The notes beneath the pieces were generated by a model. The model ran no database searches and was not told where the DNA came from. It saw only the letters and a program-made list of their open reading frames with translations. The position numbers and the translations under genes are program-made. A DNA stretch of 64,000 bases from an uncultured Spartobacteria bacterium (lineage in GTDB: Bacteria; Verrucomicrobiota; Verrucomicrobiia; Chthoniobacterales; UBA6821): assembly GCA_903868795.1 (NCBI GenBank), contig CAIPWR010000126.1:5172-69171 (forward strand). Reading direction: 5' to 3'. Below are positions 19,890-29,216 of this stretch, in pieces (the stretch's first letter is position 1; each line of letters opens with the position of its first letter).

Positions 19890-22559
19890 ATGTCCAAAAC
19901 CCTAGTCATCGCCGAAAAGCCAAGCGTTGCCGCAGATCTGGCCCGAGCCTTGGGGGGAAAGGCCGCAAGGGCCGAGTTCTTTGAGGTGGATGACTACATC
20001 ATCACCTCGGCGGTGGGTCACTTGGTGGAGCTCTGCCTCCCCAATAAAATGACAGGGGGCAAAGGCCTCTCCTGGAAGCTCGATGCCCTGCCGATCATTC
20101 CCGAGGAATTTGAGCTGCAGCCGATTGCACGCTCCGCAGACCGCCTTGCAGTGGTCAAGCGACTACTCAAGAAGCCAGAAGTCACGGAAGTCATCAATGC
20201 CTGCGACGCCGGCCGTGAGGGAGAGCTTATTTTTCACAACATCATCCAGTTGACCGGCTGCAAAAAGCCGGTGAAGCGACTCTGGCTCCAGTCGATGACC
20301 AAGGAGGCGATCCAGGAGGGCTTTGCCCACCTTCGCGACGATGCCGAAATGCAGCCGCTCGCGGCGGCAGCTGTCTGCCGCTCCGAGAGCGACTGGCTTG
20401 TCGGGATCAACAGCACCCGAGCCCTCACCGCTGTGAACTCCGGGCAGGGCGGCTTCCAGCTGACACCTGTTGGCCGCGTCCAGACCCCGACACTCGCGAT
20501 CCTCGTCGAGCGGGAAGAGAAGATCCGAGCCTTCGTTCCGAAGACCTACTTCGAGGTCCATGGAGTCTTTTCCGTTGCTGCCGGAAGCTATCACGGCCGC
20601 TGGTTCGATGAGGGTTTTAAGAAATCAGAGGGAGACGCCGACTCGGCGGACAAAAAAGCGGAGCGCCTCTGGGATCACTCGCGTGCCGAGTCGATCCGTG
20701 CCAAGTGTGCAGACAAGCCAGGCGTCATCGAGGAAACCAAGCGGTCAACCAGTCAGGCTGCACCGCTCCTCTATGATCTGACCACCCTCCAGCGTGAGGC
20801 CAACGGGCGCTTCGGCTTCAGTGCCAAGCGCACCCTCCAACTGGCCCAGCGCCTCTACGAGCATCACAAGGTGCTCACCTACCCCCGTACTGACTCTCGT
20901 TATCTGCCCGAGGATAATCTCCCTGCTGTAAAAGCAGCCTTTAAGTCCTTTGAAGACAAGGAACTGCGCAAGCATGCGACTCATGCATTGGAGCAGAATT
21001 GGGTCATTAAGACCGGCAAGGTCTTCAATAACGCCAAGGTCTCCGACCACCATGCTATCATTCCTACCGGGGCCTCCATCGCCGGCCTCGACGAGGTTGA
21101 GGCCAAGCTCTTCCAGATGGTCGCCCAGCGCTTCGTCGCAGTCTTCTATCCTCCGGCCCGCTTTGATGTCACCACCCGCATCACCCGCGTGGAGGGTGAG
21201 CCCTTCAAGAGTGAGGGGAAAGTCCTTACCGATCCGGGATGGCAGGCTGTCTATGGCAAGCAGGCCGTTGCCGAGGGTGAAGAGGATGCCAAGACCTTGG
21301 TTCCTGTAGCAGGAGTAGAAGGTAATCTGGAGACCGCTCGCACCGACTCTGTCGACGTGCATGAAGCGCAGACGCGTCCGCCGGCCCGCTACAACGAAGC
21401 AACCCTGCTCAGCGCCATGGAGGGTGCTGGCAAGCTGGTGGAAGATGAGGAACTGCGCGAGGCCATGAGCCTGCGAGGTCTCGGCACGCCGGCTACACGC
21501 GCCGCCATTATCGAGGGACTTCTGGGCGACGGTTATGTCCTGCGCGAGGGTCGGGACCTCACTGCTACCAGCAAGGGATTGGCATTGGTCAACCTGCTCA
21601 AACACATGGGAGTGGCCGTCCTGACCTCTCCCGAGCTGACCGGTGAGTGGGAGCATAAGCTTAAGCAGATGGAGGCCGGGGAATTCAAGCGTCCCGAGTT
21701 CATGGAGGAGATTCGCGGCTTCACGCGCGACATCATCACGAAAGCCCAAGGCTTCACCGATGACGCCGAGGGTGCCTTCCCTGACCTGGAGGTTATCTGC
21801 CCCAAGTGCGGCAAGGGCCCCTTCAAGGAGAATGTCCGCCAGTTCAAATGCAGAAATTGCGATCTGAGCCTCTGGAAGTCCCTGGCTGGACGGCCGCTGG
21901 AGCGCCCCGAGATCACCGAGCTCCTCACGAAAAAAACCGTCGGACCCTTGGATGGCTTCCGCAGTCGCTTCGGGAAACCTTTCTCAGCAGAGCTGGAGTT
22001 TGATCCCGAGTTCAAACTCAAGTTTGTCTTTGGCGAGCGTGAGGGCGACCCCGCCGCCGAGGAGGCACTGCGCAATTCCGAGGCCATCGCGCCATGCCCT
22101 GTCTGCAAAAAAGGAACCATCCGCGAAGGTGTCACCAGCTATGTCTGCGACCAGTCGATCGGGGCAGACAAGACCTGTGAATTCCGAACGGGCAAGACCA
22201 TCCTCCAACGCGCCATCCCGCGTGAAGAAATCGTCAAACTATCCGAAACCGGCAGGACGAATCTCATCGCCGGCTTCGTCTCTAAGAAAGGCCGCAAATT
22301 TGCAGCCTACCTCAAGCTCGAAGGGAAGAAGGTCGGCTTTGAGTTTGAACCTAGGGAACCGAAAGCCGCGAAAGACGGAGACTCCACCGTGAAGCGTGGG
22401 CGCTTCGGCAAACCGCTCAAACCGAATCTCACCACCGATGCAGTCGCTGATGCGGTGGAGAAGAAAACGACTAAGGCGGCAAAGGGTACTAAGCCCAAGG
22501 CGTCTTCAGTGAAAAAGAAAGCACCTGCTAGAAAGAAGTCCGCCGAAACCCCGGTCTAA
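19890..22559 (+). CDS. topB: DNA topoisomerase III with Zn-ribbon / Topo C-terminal repeats and Lys-rich tail
   Basis: 889 aa. TOPRIM start MSKTLVIAEKPSVAADLARAL (TopB-like, not the TopA VESPAKA form). Active site LTYPRTDSRYL. C-terminal CPKCG...CRNC and CPVCKKG...C motifs. GFVSKKGRKFAAYLKL repeat. Confidence 0.85.
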   Translation: MSKTLVIAEKPSVAADLARALGGKAARAEFFEVDDYIITSAVGHLVELCLPNKMTGGKGLSWKLDALPIIPEEFELQPIARSADRLAVVKRLLKKPEVTEVINACDAGREGELIFHNIIQLTGCKKPVKRLWLQSMTKEAIQEGFAHLRDDAEMQPLAAAAVCRSESDWLVGINSTRALTAVNSGQGGFQLTPVGRVQTPTLAILVEREEKIRAFVPKTYFEVHGVFSVAAGSYHGRWFDEGFKKSEGDADSADKKAERLWDHSRAESIRAKCADKPGVIEETKRSTSQAAPLLYDLTTLQREANGRFGFSAKRTLQLAQRLYEHHKVLTYPRTDSRYLPEDNLPAVKAAFKSFEDKELRKHATHALEQNWVIKTGKVFNNAKVSDHHAIIPTGASIAGLDEVEAKLFQMVAQRFVAVFYPPARFDVTTRITRVEGEPFKSEGKVLTDPGWQAVYGKQAVAEGEEDAKTLVPVAGVEGNLETARTDSVDVHEAQTRPPARYNEATLLSAMEGAGKLVEDEELREAMSLRGLGTPATRAAIIEGLLGDGYVLREGRDLTATSKGLALVNLLKHMGVAVLTSPELTGEWEHKLKQMEAGEFKRPEFMEEIRGFTRDIITKAQGFTDDAEGAFPDLEVICPKCGKGPFKENVRQFKCRNCDLSLWKSLAGRPLERPEITELLTKKTVGPLDGFRSRFGKPFSAELEFDPEFKLKFVFGEREGDPAAEEALRNSEAIAPCPVCKKGTIREGVTSYVCDQSIGADKTCEFRTGKTILQRAIPREEIVKLSETGRTNLIAGFVSKKGRKFAAYLKLEGKKVGFEFEPREPKAAKDGDSTVKRGRFGKPLKPNLTTDAVADAVEKKTTKAAKGTKPKASSVKKKAPARKKSAETPV

Positions 22560-22693
22560 AGCTTCTTTCCGGAGCAGGAACAACCTCCCCCACAACCGGG
22601 TTTCTTTCGGGCACGAAGCCATCGGGTGACAAAGAAAACGGCGGAGGCCACGACGAGACCAAGGGCGATGGCTGTCTGAAACTCTGGGCTCAT
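22556..22693 (-). CDS. FeoB-associated Cys-rich membrane peptide (45 aa), not in ORF track
   Basis: Hand translation gives MSPEFQTAIALGLVVASAVFFVTRWLRARKKPGCGGGCSCSGKKL*, i.e. one TM helix plus a C-terminal Cys/Gly cluster. It lies directly downstream of feoAB on the same strand. Its stop overlaps the topB stop region. Confidence 0.6.
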   Translation of the reverse strand: MSPEFQTAIALGLVVASAVFFVTRWLRARKKPGCGGGCSCSGKKL

Positions 22694-22774
22694 GTCATTA
22701 ATGTAGCACAGGCTGTTGGTCTGCTCTTCCTAAAAGTCTAACAGCCTTCAGCCTAAACCCCTAGGCATTCACCC

Positions 22775-25273
22775 CTAGTGAAAACCTATCAATCGCCCGC
22801 CCTGGTAGACTAGGAGCGAAAGCAGATACGCCGTGCCGGTCATGTAGCAGAACTGGAAGAGAGGCCAGCGGAAGCTATTGGTTTCGCGGCGCACCACGGC
22901 CAGCGTGCTGACGCACTGCATGGAGAAGACAAAGAAGATCAGGATGGAGAGGCAGGTCAGCGGGGAGAAGACGGGTGTGCCATCCGGCCGCTGCTGCTTG
23001 CGCAGAGTCTCTCCCAGCATGTCGGGTGCGTCGCCTTTCTTCCGCTCGACGTTATAGACGACCGACATCGTGCCGACGAAGACCTCACGGGCGGCCTGCG
23101 CGGCCACAAGCCCGATGCCGATCTTCCAATCCATGCCAAGTGGCGCGAGAGCCGGCTCGAGCGTGCGTCCGATATGACCCGCAAAGCTCTGCTGGAGCTG
23201 CTCCGTCTTTGTGGGCTCGTGGGGCTCATGGGCTTCACCTGTTCCCTCAGAAACATGCATTTTCGGAAAGCTGGCGAGGAACCAAAGGATGATCGAGATC
23301 CCGAGGATCACCGTACCGGCGCGCTTCAGGAAGATCCCCGCCCGCTGGAACATCTGGGAGACGATCTGATGAAGTGAGGGGAGTCGGTACGGAGGAAGCT
23401 CCATAAGAAAGAGGGGTGTTTCCGCCTTGAGGATCGTTTTCTTAAACAGCCAGGCAAAGAAGAGCGCGGCGATGGTGCCCAGTAGGTAGAGTCCCATCAT
23501 GAGTGCCCCCTTGGTCCAGACGGAGCCTGTTCCGGAAGGCCAGAGCGCGGCGATCATCAAGGCATAGACCGGAAGCCTTGCCGAACAGCTCATCAAGGGT
23601 GCCACGAGGATCGTGACAAGGCGATCCTTGGGATTCTCAATGGTGCGGGTCGACATGATGCCGGGAATCGCACAGGCATAGGAACTGAGTAGTGGAATGA
23701 ACGACTTCCCGTGGAGGCCGACCTTGCTCATCACGCGATCCATCAGGAAAGCCGCGCGCGCCATGTAGCCCGTGTCCTCCAAAAGACCGATGAAGAAGAA
23801 GAGAATCAAGATCTGCGGCAGGAAGATGACGACCCCCCCCACACCCGCCAGCACGCCGTCGGTAAGAAGATCCCGGAGATCCCCTGAGGGCATCAGTCCC
23901 TGAACCAACTCCGAAAGCTTATCGAAGCCCGCGTCGATCCAATCCATCGGGTATTGGGCGATCGTGAAGATCGAGACGAACATCAGCGTCATGGCACCAA
24001 GGAAGAAGATCCAACCCCAGAGCCGGTGAGTCAGCAGGTCGTCGAGTCGCTGAGTCAGTCGGTCGCTCGCGTCATGCGTTCCCCCTTGGGCAGCATGGCA
24101 GAGCTGCTCAATGCCATGATAGCGGGCGGTGACCAGCTTCTCACGCCATCCTGGCAACTCACGATCGAGGGCGGCCCGTTCTGCAAGGACGATGCCCAGC
24201 GCCTCACCAGCTACCAATTCAGCGGAAAGATTCGGGGTCTCAGCATCGGCCGCGGCAAGCAGGATGGAGGCCTTCAGCCGAACAAGTGGATCACGCGGCT
24301 TGCGATGATCGGGAGCCGGAGTTCCCGGCCAGTGAGAGGCGATTGCATCCGCAGCCTTCGTGAGATGGGAAGAAAGTTCCGGTTTCCAGTTGCTATGCGG
24401 CACCTCGGCGCGGCTCAGCGCAAGGCGCAGGGGAAGAAGCGTCTCCCTGCGGGTTGCCTGAACAGGAATAACTGGAACCCCCAGCTCCTCCGCAAGTAAC
24501 TCGGGATCCACTGGGGTACCCTGAGCCTTGGCGACATCGATCATGTTCAGCGCGATGACCGTGGGGAGTCCCAACTCCAGTACCTGAGTGATAAAGTACA
24601 AATTCCGCTCCAGATGCGAGGCGTCGATCACGCAGAGGATGCGCCCGGGACGCGGCGTGTCCTGACGGAGATCCATCAACACATCGCGGGTGATGCGCTC
24701 ATCGGGCGCATGGGCGCCCAGACTGTAACTCCCCGGAAGGTCGAGCAGTTCGATTTTCTCCCCATGCTGTCCAATGAACTGGCCCGACTTCTTCTCGACG
24801 GTAACGCCCGGGTAGTTCCCAACTTTCTGCCTGAGGCCTGTCAGCGCGTTGAAGAGCGTGGTCTTGCCGCTATTGGGATTGCCCACCACGGCATAGGACT
24901 TGGGCTGGCTTGCTGCCAAATGACTCTGTGTGTTCGGCTCAACCGATGCATGCGAGATCGAGAGAACGGTTCTACTCGCACTCCTCGTGACCACATGCGC
25001 CGGAGGCACGAAAGGAAGCGCTTTGCCTCCACTCTCGGAATCGGCTTCATCAAGTTCTCCCAACACTTGGGCCGCATCGGCATTGCGGATGCTGAGCTCG
25101 AAGCCACGCAGGCGGAACTCCATCGGATCCCCAAGAGGAGCACTGCGTACAAAGGTGACTGTCGTTCCAAGAAGAAGACCCATTTCCCGGAGACGCATCG
25201 CAAGCTGCTCATCAGCGGGCAACCGGGTGATGACGGCCTGCTGGCCCGGCTTGAGTGAGGAAAGTGGAATCAT
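22775..25273 (-). CDS. feoB: ferrous iron transporter, FeoA-FeoB fusion
   Basis: 832 aa. N-terminal FeoA/SH3-like LKPGQQAVITRL...GDPMEFRLRGFELSIR, G-domain VGNPNSGKTTLFNALTG, and a multi-TM permease. Confidence 0.9.
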   Translation of the reverse strand: MIPLSSLKPGQQAVITRLPADEQLAMRLREMGLLLGTTVTFVRSAPLGDPMEFRLRGFELSIRNADAAQVLGELDEADSESGGKALPFVPPAHVVTRSASRTVLSISHASVEPNTQSHLAASQPKSYAVVGNPNSGKTTLFNALTGLRQKVGNYPGVTVEKKSGQFIGQHGEKIELLDLPGSYSLGAHAPDERITRDVLMDLRQDTPRPGRILCVIDASHLERNLYFITQVLELGLPTVIALNMIDVAKAQGTPVDPELLAEELGVPVIPVQATRRETLLPLRLALSRAEVPHSNWKPELSSHLTKAADAIASHWPGTPAPDHRKPRDPLVRLKASILLAAADAETPNLSAELVAGEALGIVLAERAALDRELPGWREKLVTARYHGIEQLCHAAQGGTHDASDRLTQRLDDLLTHRLWGWIFFLGAMTLMFVSIFTIAQYPMDWIDAGFDKLSELVQGLMPSGDLRDLLTDGVLAGVGGVVIFLPQILILFFFIGLLEDTGYMARAAFLMDRVMSKVGLHGKSFIPLLSSYACAIPGIMSTRTIENPKDRLVTILVAPLMSCSARLPVYALMIAALWPSGTGSVWTKGALMMGLYLLGTIAALFFAWLFKKTILKAETPLFLMELPPYRLPSLHQIVSQMFQRAGIFLKRAGTVILGISIILWFLASFPKMHVSEGTGEAHEPHEPTKTEQLQQSFAGHIGRTLEPALAPLGMDWKIGIGLVAAQAAREVFVGTMSVVYNVERKKGDAPDMLGETLRKQQRPDGTPVFSPLTCLSILIFFVFSMQCVSTLAVVRRETNSFRWPLFQFCYMTGTAYLLSLLVYQGGRLIGFH

Positions 25274-25383
25274 GAATGCTGTCTCGTATGCCTCTGATCA
25301 GAAGGGAATGATACGAGATTGAGACGCAGTATCAATTAGGGGGCTGACCAATGCCAGTGGATTCTCTGAGGCGTGGGGATTTT

Positions 25384-25932
25384 CTAACGGCTTCGTCCAG
25401 CTCTCCCGAGCGTGGGTTTTTTTGAGGAACCCTTTGCTCCTTTTGATCCTTTCGATCCCTTGCCACCTTTGAAGTTTTTGCAGGTGCCGAGCAGACGGAG
25501 CATGTCGCAACTCCCCTCGATCCGGATTGCTTTCTGTGTCGGAGAGAAGCCAAGCCGACGGGTGATGCAGTTCTGCATGATGTCGATGTTCGGATCCTCG
25601 AACTCTACGATCTTGCGGCAGTCCACACAGATCAGATGATTGTGGTGCGGGCTGCGCAAGAAATTCGGATCGTAAAGTCGTTCCCCGCCTCCGAGTGAGA
25701 TCTCCCGCAGCATGCCACTCTCCACTAGCAGGGAGATCGTCCGATAAATCGTGGCACGGGAAACAGCATGGCCTTTGCCGATTTTTGGCAAGAGATCCTC
25801 GGGTCGGAAGTGATCATCGTTGCGGAAGATGAGCGTTACCAACGCCTCGCGCTGTTTCGTGAAACGGAGCCCCTTGGAGGCGAAGAACGCCTGGGCTTGC
25901 CCAAGAATGGCCTGAAGGGATTGTGGATCCAT
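25384..25932 (-). CDS. fur: Fur-family transcriptional regulator with K/G-rich C-terminal tail
   Basis: 182 aa. ATIYRTISLLVESGML (wHTH) and HHNHLICVDCRKIVEF (metal site). About 30 extra residues KGGKGSKGSKGAKGSSKKP at the end. Confidence 0.85.
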   Translation of the reverse strand: MDPQSLQAILGQAQAFFASKGLRFTKQREALVTLIFRNDDHFRPEDLLPKIGKGHAVSRATIYRTISLLVESGMLREISLGGGERLYDPNFLRSPHHNHLICVDCRKIVEFEDPNIDIMQNCITRRLGFSPTQKAIRIEGSCDMLRLLGTCKNFKGGKGSKGSKGAKGSSKKPTLGRAGRSR

Positions 25933-25994
25933 GGTCTTAAGCCAGAAGTTGCATGCGGAAGCGGATCACGAGAGGAGGGGGTAGGCGATCACAA

Positions 25995-27623
25995 TCAGGG
26001 CGTATACCGCTGAGCGATGGGGAGACGACGCCCCATGCCGAAGGCGCGGCCGGTGACTTTGAGACCAGGGGCGGCCTGCTCTCGCTTGTACTCGTTGCGG
26101 TCGACCATGCCGGTGATGCGACGGACCAGAGCCTCCTCGTAGCCGCGCGCCACGATCTCGCGGATCGGCAGATTCTCCTCCACATAGAGACCCAGCACGG
26201 CATCGAGCAGGTCGTACGGGGGAAGAGAATCCTGATCGGTCTGATTAGGGCGAAGCTCGGCACTGGGAGGCTTCTCGATGGTCGCTGCAGGGATGATTTC
26301 CTTGGTCCTGTTGATCCAGTGCGACAGCTCGTAGACCAAGGTTTTGGGAAGATCAGAAATGACCGCCAGTCCACCGCACATATCGCCGTAGAGGGTGCAG
26401 TAGCCGACGGCTAGCTCGCTCTTGTTCCCAGTGGTCAGGAGGAGGCTCCCGAACTTATTGGAAAGGGCCATCATCGTGACACCTCGCAAGCGTGCCTGCA
26501 GATTCTCCTCCGTGGCATCCTCGGAACGTCCTTGGAACGCCTTGCTTAGGCCGGAAACCATCGTTTTATACGATTCCACAATGGGGAGGTTAAAACATTT
26601 GATGCCAAGGTTTTCCGCAAGTGATACTGCATCTTTTACACTTCCCTCGGAGGAGTAGGGGCCGGGCATGGCTGCACCGATGACATGCTCTTTACCGAGG
26701 GCCTCGACAGCCAGCACGGCGGTCAAGGCGGAGTCGATCCCACCACTCAAACCCAGAACCGCACTCTTAAATCCGCATTTCCTGAAATAATCCCGGAGTC
26801 CGAGTACGAGCGCACGGTAGAGTTCAGCCAGTTGATCGCGTTCTTCAGGCTGATACACATGGCTAGGTTCTTCAACAACAAGAAGTTGCTCCATGAATCC
26901 TGACATCTCTTGAACGCGATCTCCTTTGGCTGAGAAGGCCAAGGAGTGGCCGTCAAAGACCAACTGGTCATTGCCACCTACGGAGTTGCAGTAATAGATA
27001 GGGACTGCAAATCGCTGGGCCTGAGAATGTAGCATCTGAAGCCTGCGAGCCGATTTTCCAAATTGGAACGGTGAGGCGCTGAGATTGATCAGCATGTCTG
27101 CTCCCGCCTGCACCAAATCGGCAGGGGGATCTACCCGGTAGAGAGGTCCGGGTAGGAACTCGGGCGTCCAGAGGTCTTCACAGATGGTGACGCCGATTTT
27201 TTTATCTCCGATCTTGATTGGGGTGGAGGCCTGACCAGGCTCAAAGTAGCGAGCCTCATCAAAGACGTCATAAGTGGGGAGAAGCCTCTTGTGAATGATG
27301 ACGGGCTCGGCGCCCTTCCTTAAAAGAGCGGCTGCATTATGGAACGGCTTGCCAGTGCCAGAGAGATTCCGATCGATGAAGCCGACCAACAGAGGCACAT
27401 CGCCAATTCCTACCTGAATTCCAGAAAGAGCTTCCAGGTTACGCTCCACAAATTCTCCCGCAAAGATCAGGTCGAGCGGTGGATATCCGGGAATCGAGAG
27501 CTCCGGCGTCACCACGATCTCCGCACCCTCTGCCACCAGCTCATGATAAGCAGCAAGGATCTTGGCGGAATTCCCCGCAAAGTCACCGATGGTCGTATTG
27601 ATCTGGGCGATGCCGACTTTCAT
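25995..27623 (-). CDS. nadE: glutamine-dependent NAD+ synthetase
   Basis: ORF 25995..27740 trimmed to Met40 (MKVGIAQIN, CN-hydrolase domain). The C-terminal NAD synthase domain has LGLSGGIDSALTA. Start 27740 is possible. Confidence 0.9.
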   Translation of the reverse strand: MKVGIAQINTTIGDFAGNSAKILAAYHELVAEGAEIVVTPELSIPGYPPLDLIFAGEFVERNLEALSGIQVGIGDVPLLVGFIDRNLSGTGKPFHNAAALLRKGAEPVIIHKRLLPTYDVFDEARYFEPGQASTPIKIGDKKIGVTICEDLWTPEFLPGPLYRVDPPADLVQAGADMLINLSASPFQFGKSARRLQMLHSQAQRFAVPIYYCNSVGGNDQLVFDGHSLAFSAKGDRVQEMSGFMEQLLVVEEPSHVYQPEERDQLAELYRALVLGLRDYFRKCGFKSAVLGLSGGIDSALTAVLAVEALGKEHVIGAAMPGPYSSEGSVKDAVSLAENLGIKCFNLPIVESYKTMVSGLSKAFQGRSEDATEENLQARLRGVTMMALSNKFGSLLLTTGNKSELAVGYCTLYGDMCGGLAVISDLPKTLVYELSHWINRTKEIIPAATIEKPPSAELRPNQTDQDSLPPYDLLDAVLGLYVEENLPIREIVARGYEEALVRRITGMVDRNEYKREQAAPGLKVTGRAFGMGRRLPIAQRYTP

Positions 27624-27795
27624 CGATGGAATCGTATCAGAGCAATTCCTGACATGCGTCACAAAAGTATTCTCCTCAGCAGAAACGTGAGGCGTCTGCG
27701 CCGGGGTGCCGTGTGCAAAATCTTTCTTCATGTTTTTCATTCTGCCTTTTTCCTTTTAACTTTTCTGCTCTATCTCCTTCATCCCATTCATCCCT

Positions 27796-28677
27796 GTGAG
27801 CAAATCCCCTCCCGCTGATCTCTTCCCTCTGCTCGGTTCCCATGTTCCAACCATCGGGGGCGTTGCCACAGCAATCGACCGGGCCGTTGGGATCGGCTGC
27901 ACGGCGATGCAGATCTTTGTGAAAAACAATATGCAATGGTTTGCCAAGCCGCTACCAGACGCCGAAGCGAAGGCTTTCACCGAGCACCCCCTGCGCTCGC
28001 GACTAGGGGCAGTGGTGGCTCATGCCGGATATCTGATCAATCTCGGGGTCGAGGGCACCGAGAATCACGAAAAGTCCCTGAAATCTCTCTCCGACGAAAT
28101 GCTGCGCTGCGAGCAGCTTGGCATCCGCTCCTTGGTCCTCCATCCAGGCTCTCATCTCGGCGCTGGAATTGAGGCCGGCACCGCCTGCGTAATTCGTAAT
28201 CTCGACCGACTTCATGCGGAACATCCGAAGCTCAAGGTACGCATCACCCTCGAGACCACAGCCGGACAGGGTGCTTGTCTGGGGGCACGCTTCGAGGAGA
28301 TTGCGGCGATTCTCGCGGGTGTGAAGGATCCCAAGCGGCTGGAGGTCTGCCTCGACACGGCTCATGCCTTCGCCGCCGGGTATGATCTCTCTGCTCCGAA
28401 GGGAGCCGAGCAAACCTTCGCCGAGTTTGATCGTGTGATTGGGCTGAACCGACTCTCCTGCCTACATATCAATGACTCCAAAGCGAAGCTGGGATCACGC
28501 GTCGACCGGCATGACAATCTCGGAAAGGGACTGATCGGACTCGATGCCTTCCGATGGATCATGCGCTCCCCGGAGCTGGCGACGATCCCGAAGATCCTGG
28601 AAACCCCGAAGGGAAAAGACCTCGCAGAAGACGTTGAAGCGATGGCCCTGCTGAGGAGTTTTCTGCAGAAGAACTGA
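27796..28677 (+). CDS. nfo: deoxyribonuclease IV (endonuclease IV)
   Basis: 293 aa. LLGSHVPTIGG...VAHAGYLINL...LETTAGQG...CLDTAHAFAAGYD...HINDSK are Nfo metal-site blocks. Confidence 0.9.
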   Translation: MSKSPPADLFPLLGSHVPTIGGVATAIDRAVGIGCTAMQIFVKNNMQWFAKPLPDAEAKAFTEHPLRSRLGAVVAHAGYLINLGVEGTENHEKSLKSLSDEMLRCEQLGIRSLVLHPGSHLGAGIEAGTACVIRNLDRLHAEHPKLKVRITLETTAGQGACLGARFEEIAAILAGVKDPKRLEVCLDTAHAFAAGYDLSAPKGAEQTFAEFDRVIGLNRLSCLHINDSKAKLGSRVDRHDNLGKGLIGLDAFRWIMRSPELATIPKILETPKGKDLAEDVEAMALLRSFLQKN

Positions 28678-28691
28678 ATCCCGACTTTATT

Positions 28692-28842
28692 AATATAGAA
28701 CTCAGGAAAGCAGGAGGTGCCTTAAGAACTCATGAGTGCGGATAATAATCCGGGAAAAACTGGCAGTCGTCAGCGCTCTGTTCTTTGGATGGTTGTCTTG
28801 AATGACACCCTCTCTTTTTCATGAGTTCCTGAGTTCCATATT
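28692..28842. repeat. 151-bp intergenic module bounded by 17-bp terminal inverted repeat AATAT(A/G)GAACTCAGGAA (copy 1 of 2)
   Basis: Left end AATATAGAACTCAGGAA (28692-28708). Right end TTCCTGAGTTCCATATT (28826-28842). They match 16/17 as reverse complements. The same termini occur at 45344-45484. Confidence 0.5.
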
Positions 28843-28865
28843 CAACAAGCCTGCGGTTAATCCGG

Positions 28866-29165
28866 TTGATTTTACGCATGGTCGGTCTTAAAAATGCGGT
28901 TTCCATGTACGAAGAAGAGAACTCCGCCTACTCGAACGCCTACCGCCAGTATTCCCAGGACAATGTCCTCGAAGTCCGTGAGCTGCAGGTGGAGAGGAAG
29001 TTTTTCCGCCTCGAAGTCCGCGAGAATGACCGCGGCCGCTTTCTGAGGATCACCGAGGAGAACCAAGGTCGACGCAACACCGTGATCGTGCCTGATTCCG
29101 GCTTCGGAGATTTTGCCAAGGCGATTACCGAGGTGCTTGCTTCGCAGACCCAGGCCGAGTCCTAG
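28866..29165 (+). CDS. PUR-alpha-like ssDNA/RNA-binding protein (DUF3276 family, tentative)
   Basis: 99 aa. VERKFFRLEVRENDRGRFLRITEE..RRNTVIVPDSGFGDFAKAI matches the bacterial PUR repeat pattern. The real start may be Met5 (28878) or Met14 (28905). Confidence 0.55.
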   Translation: MILRMVGLKNAVSMYEEENSAYSNAYRQYSQDNVLEVRELQVERKFFRLEVRENDRGRFLRITEENQGRRNTVIVPDSGFGDFAKAITEVLASQTQAES

Positions 29166-29216
29166 AAGTCCTTAGATCTCACTAAGGACTTACTGCAGAT
29201 CCAGGGAAAATAGGGG

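Noticed and set aside
28733-28825. Short ORFs inside the two TIR-bounded modules (30 aa at about 28733 and 21 aa at about 45374)
   Set aside because: They are not similar to each other, and the second is on the strand opposite to its flanking genes. The AGGAGG in module 1 sits about 14 nt from the ATG. This is insufficient evidence for coding.
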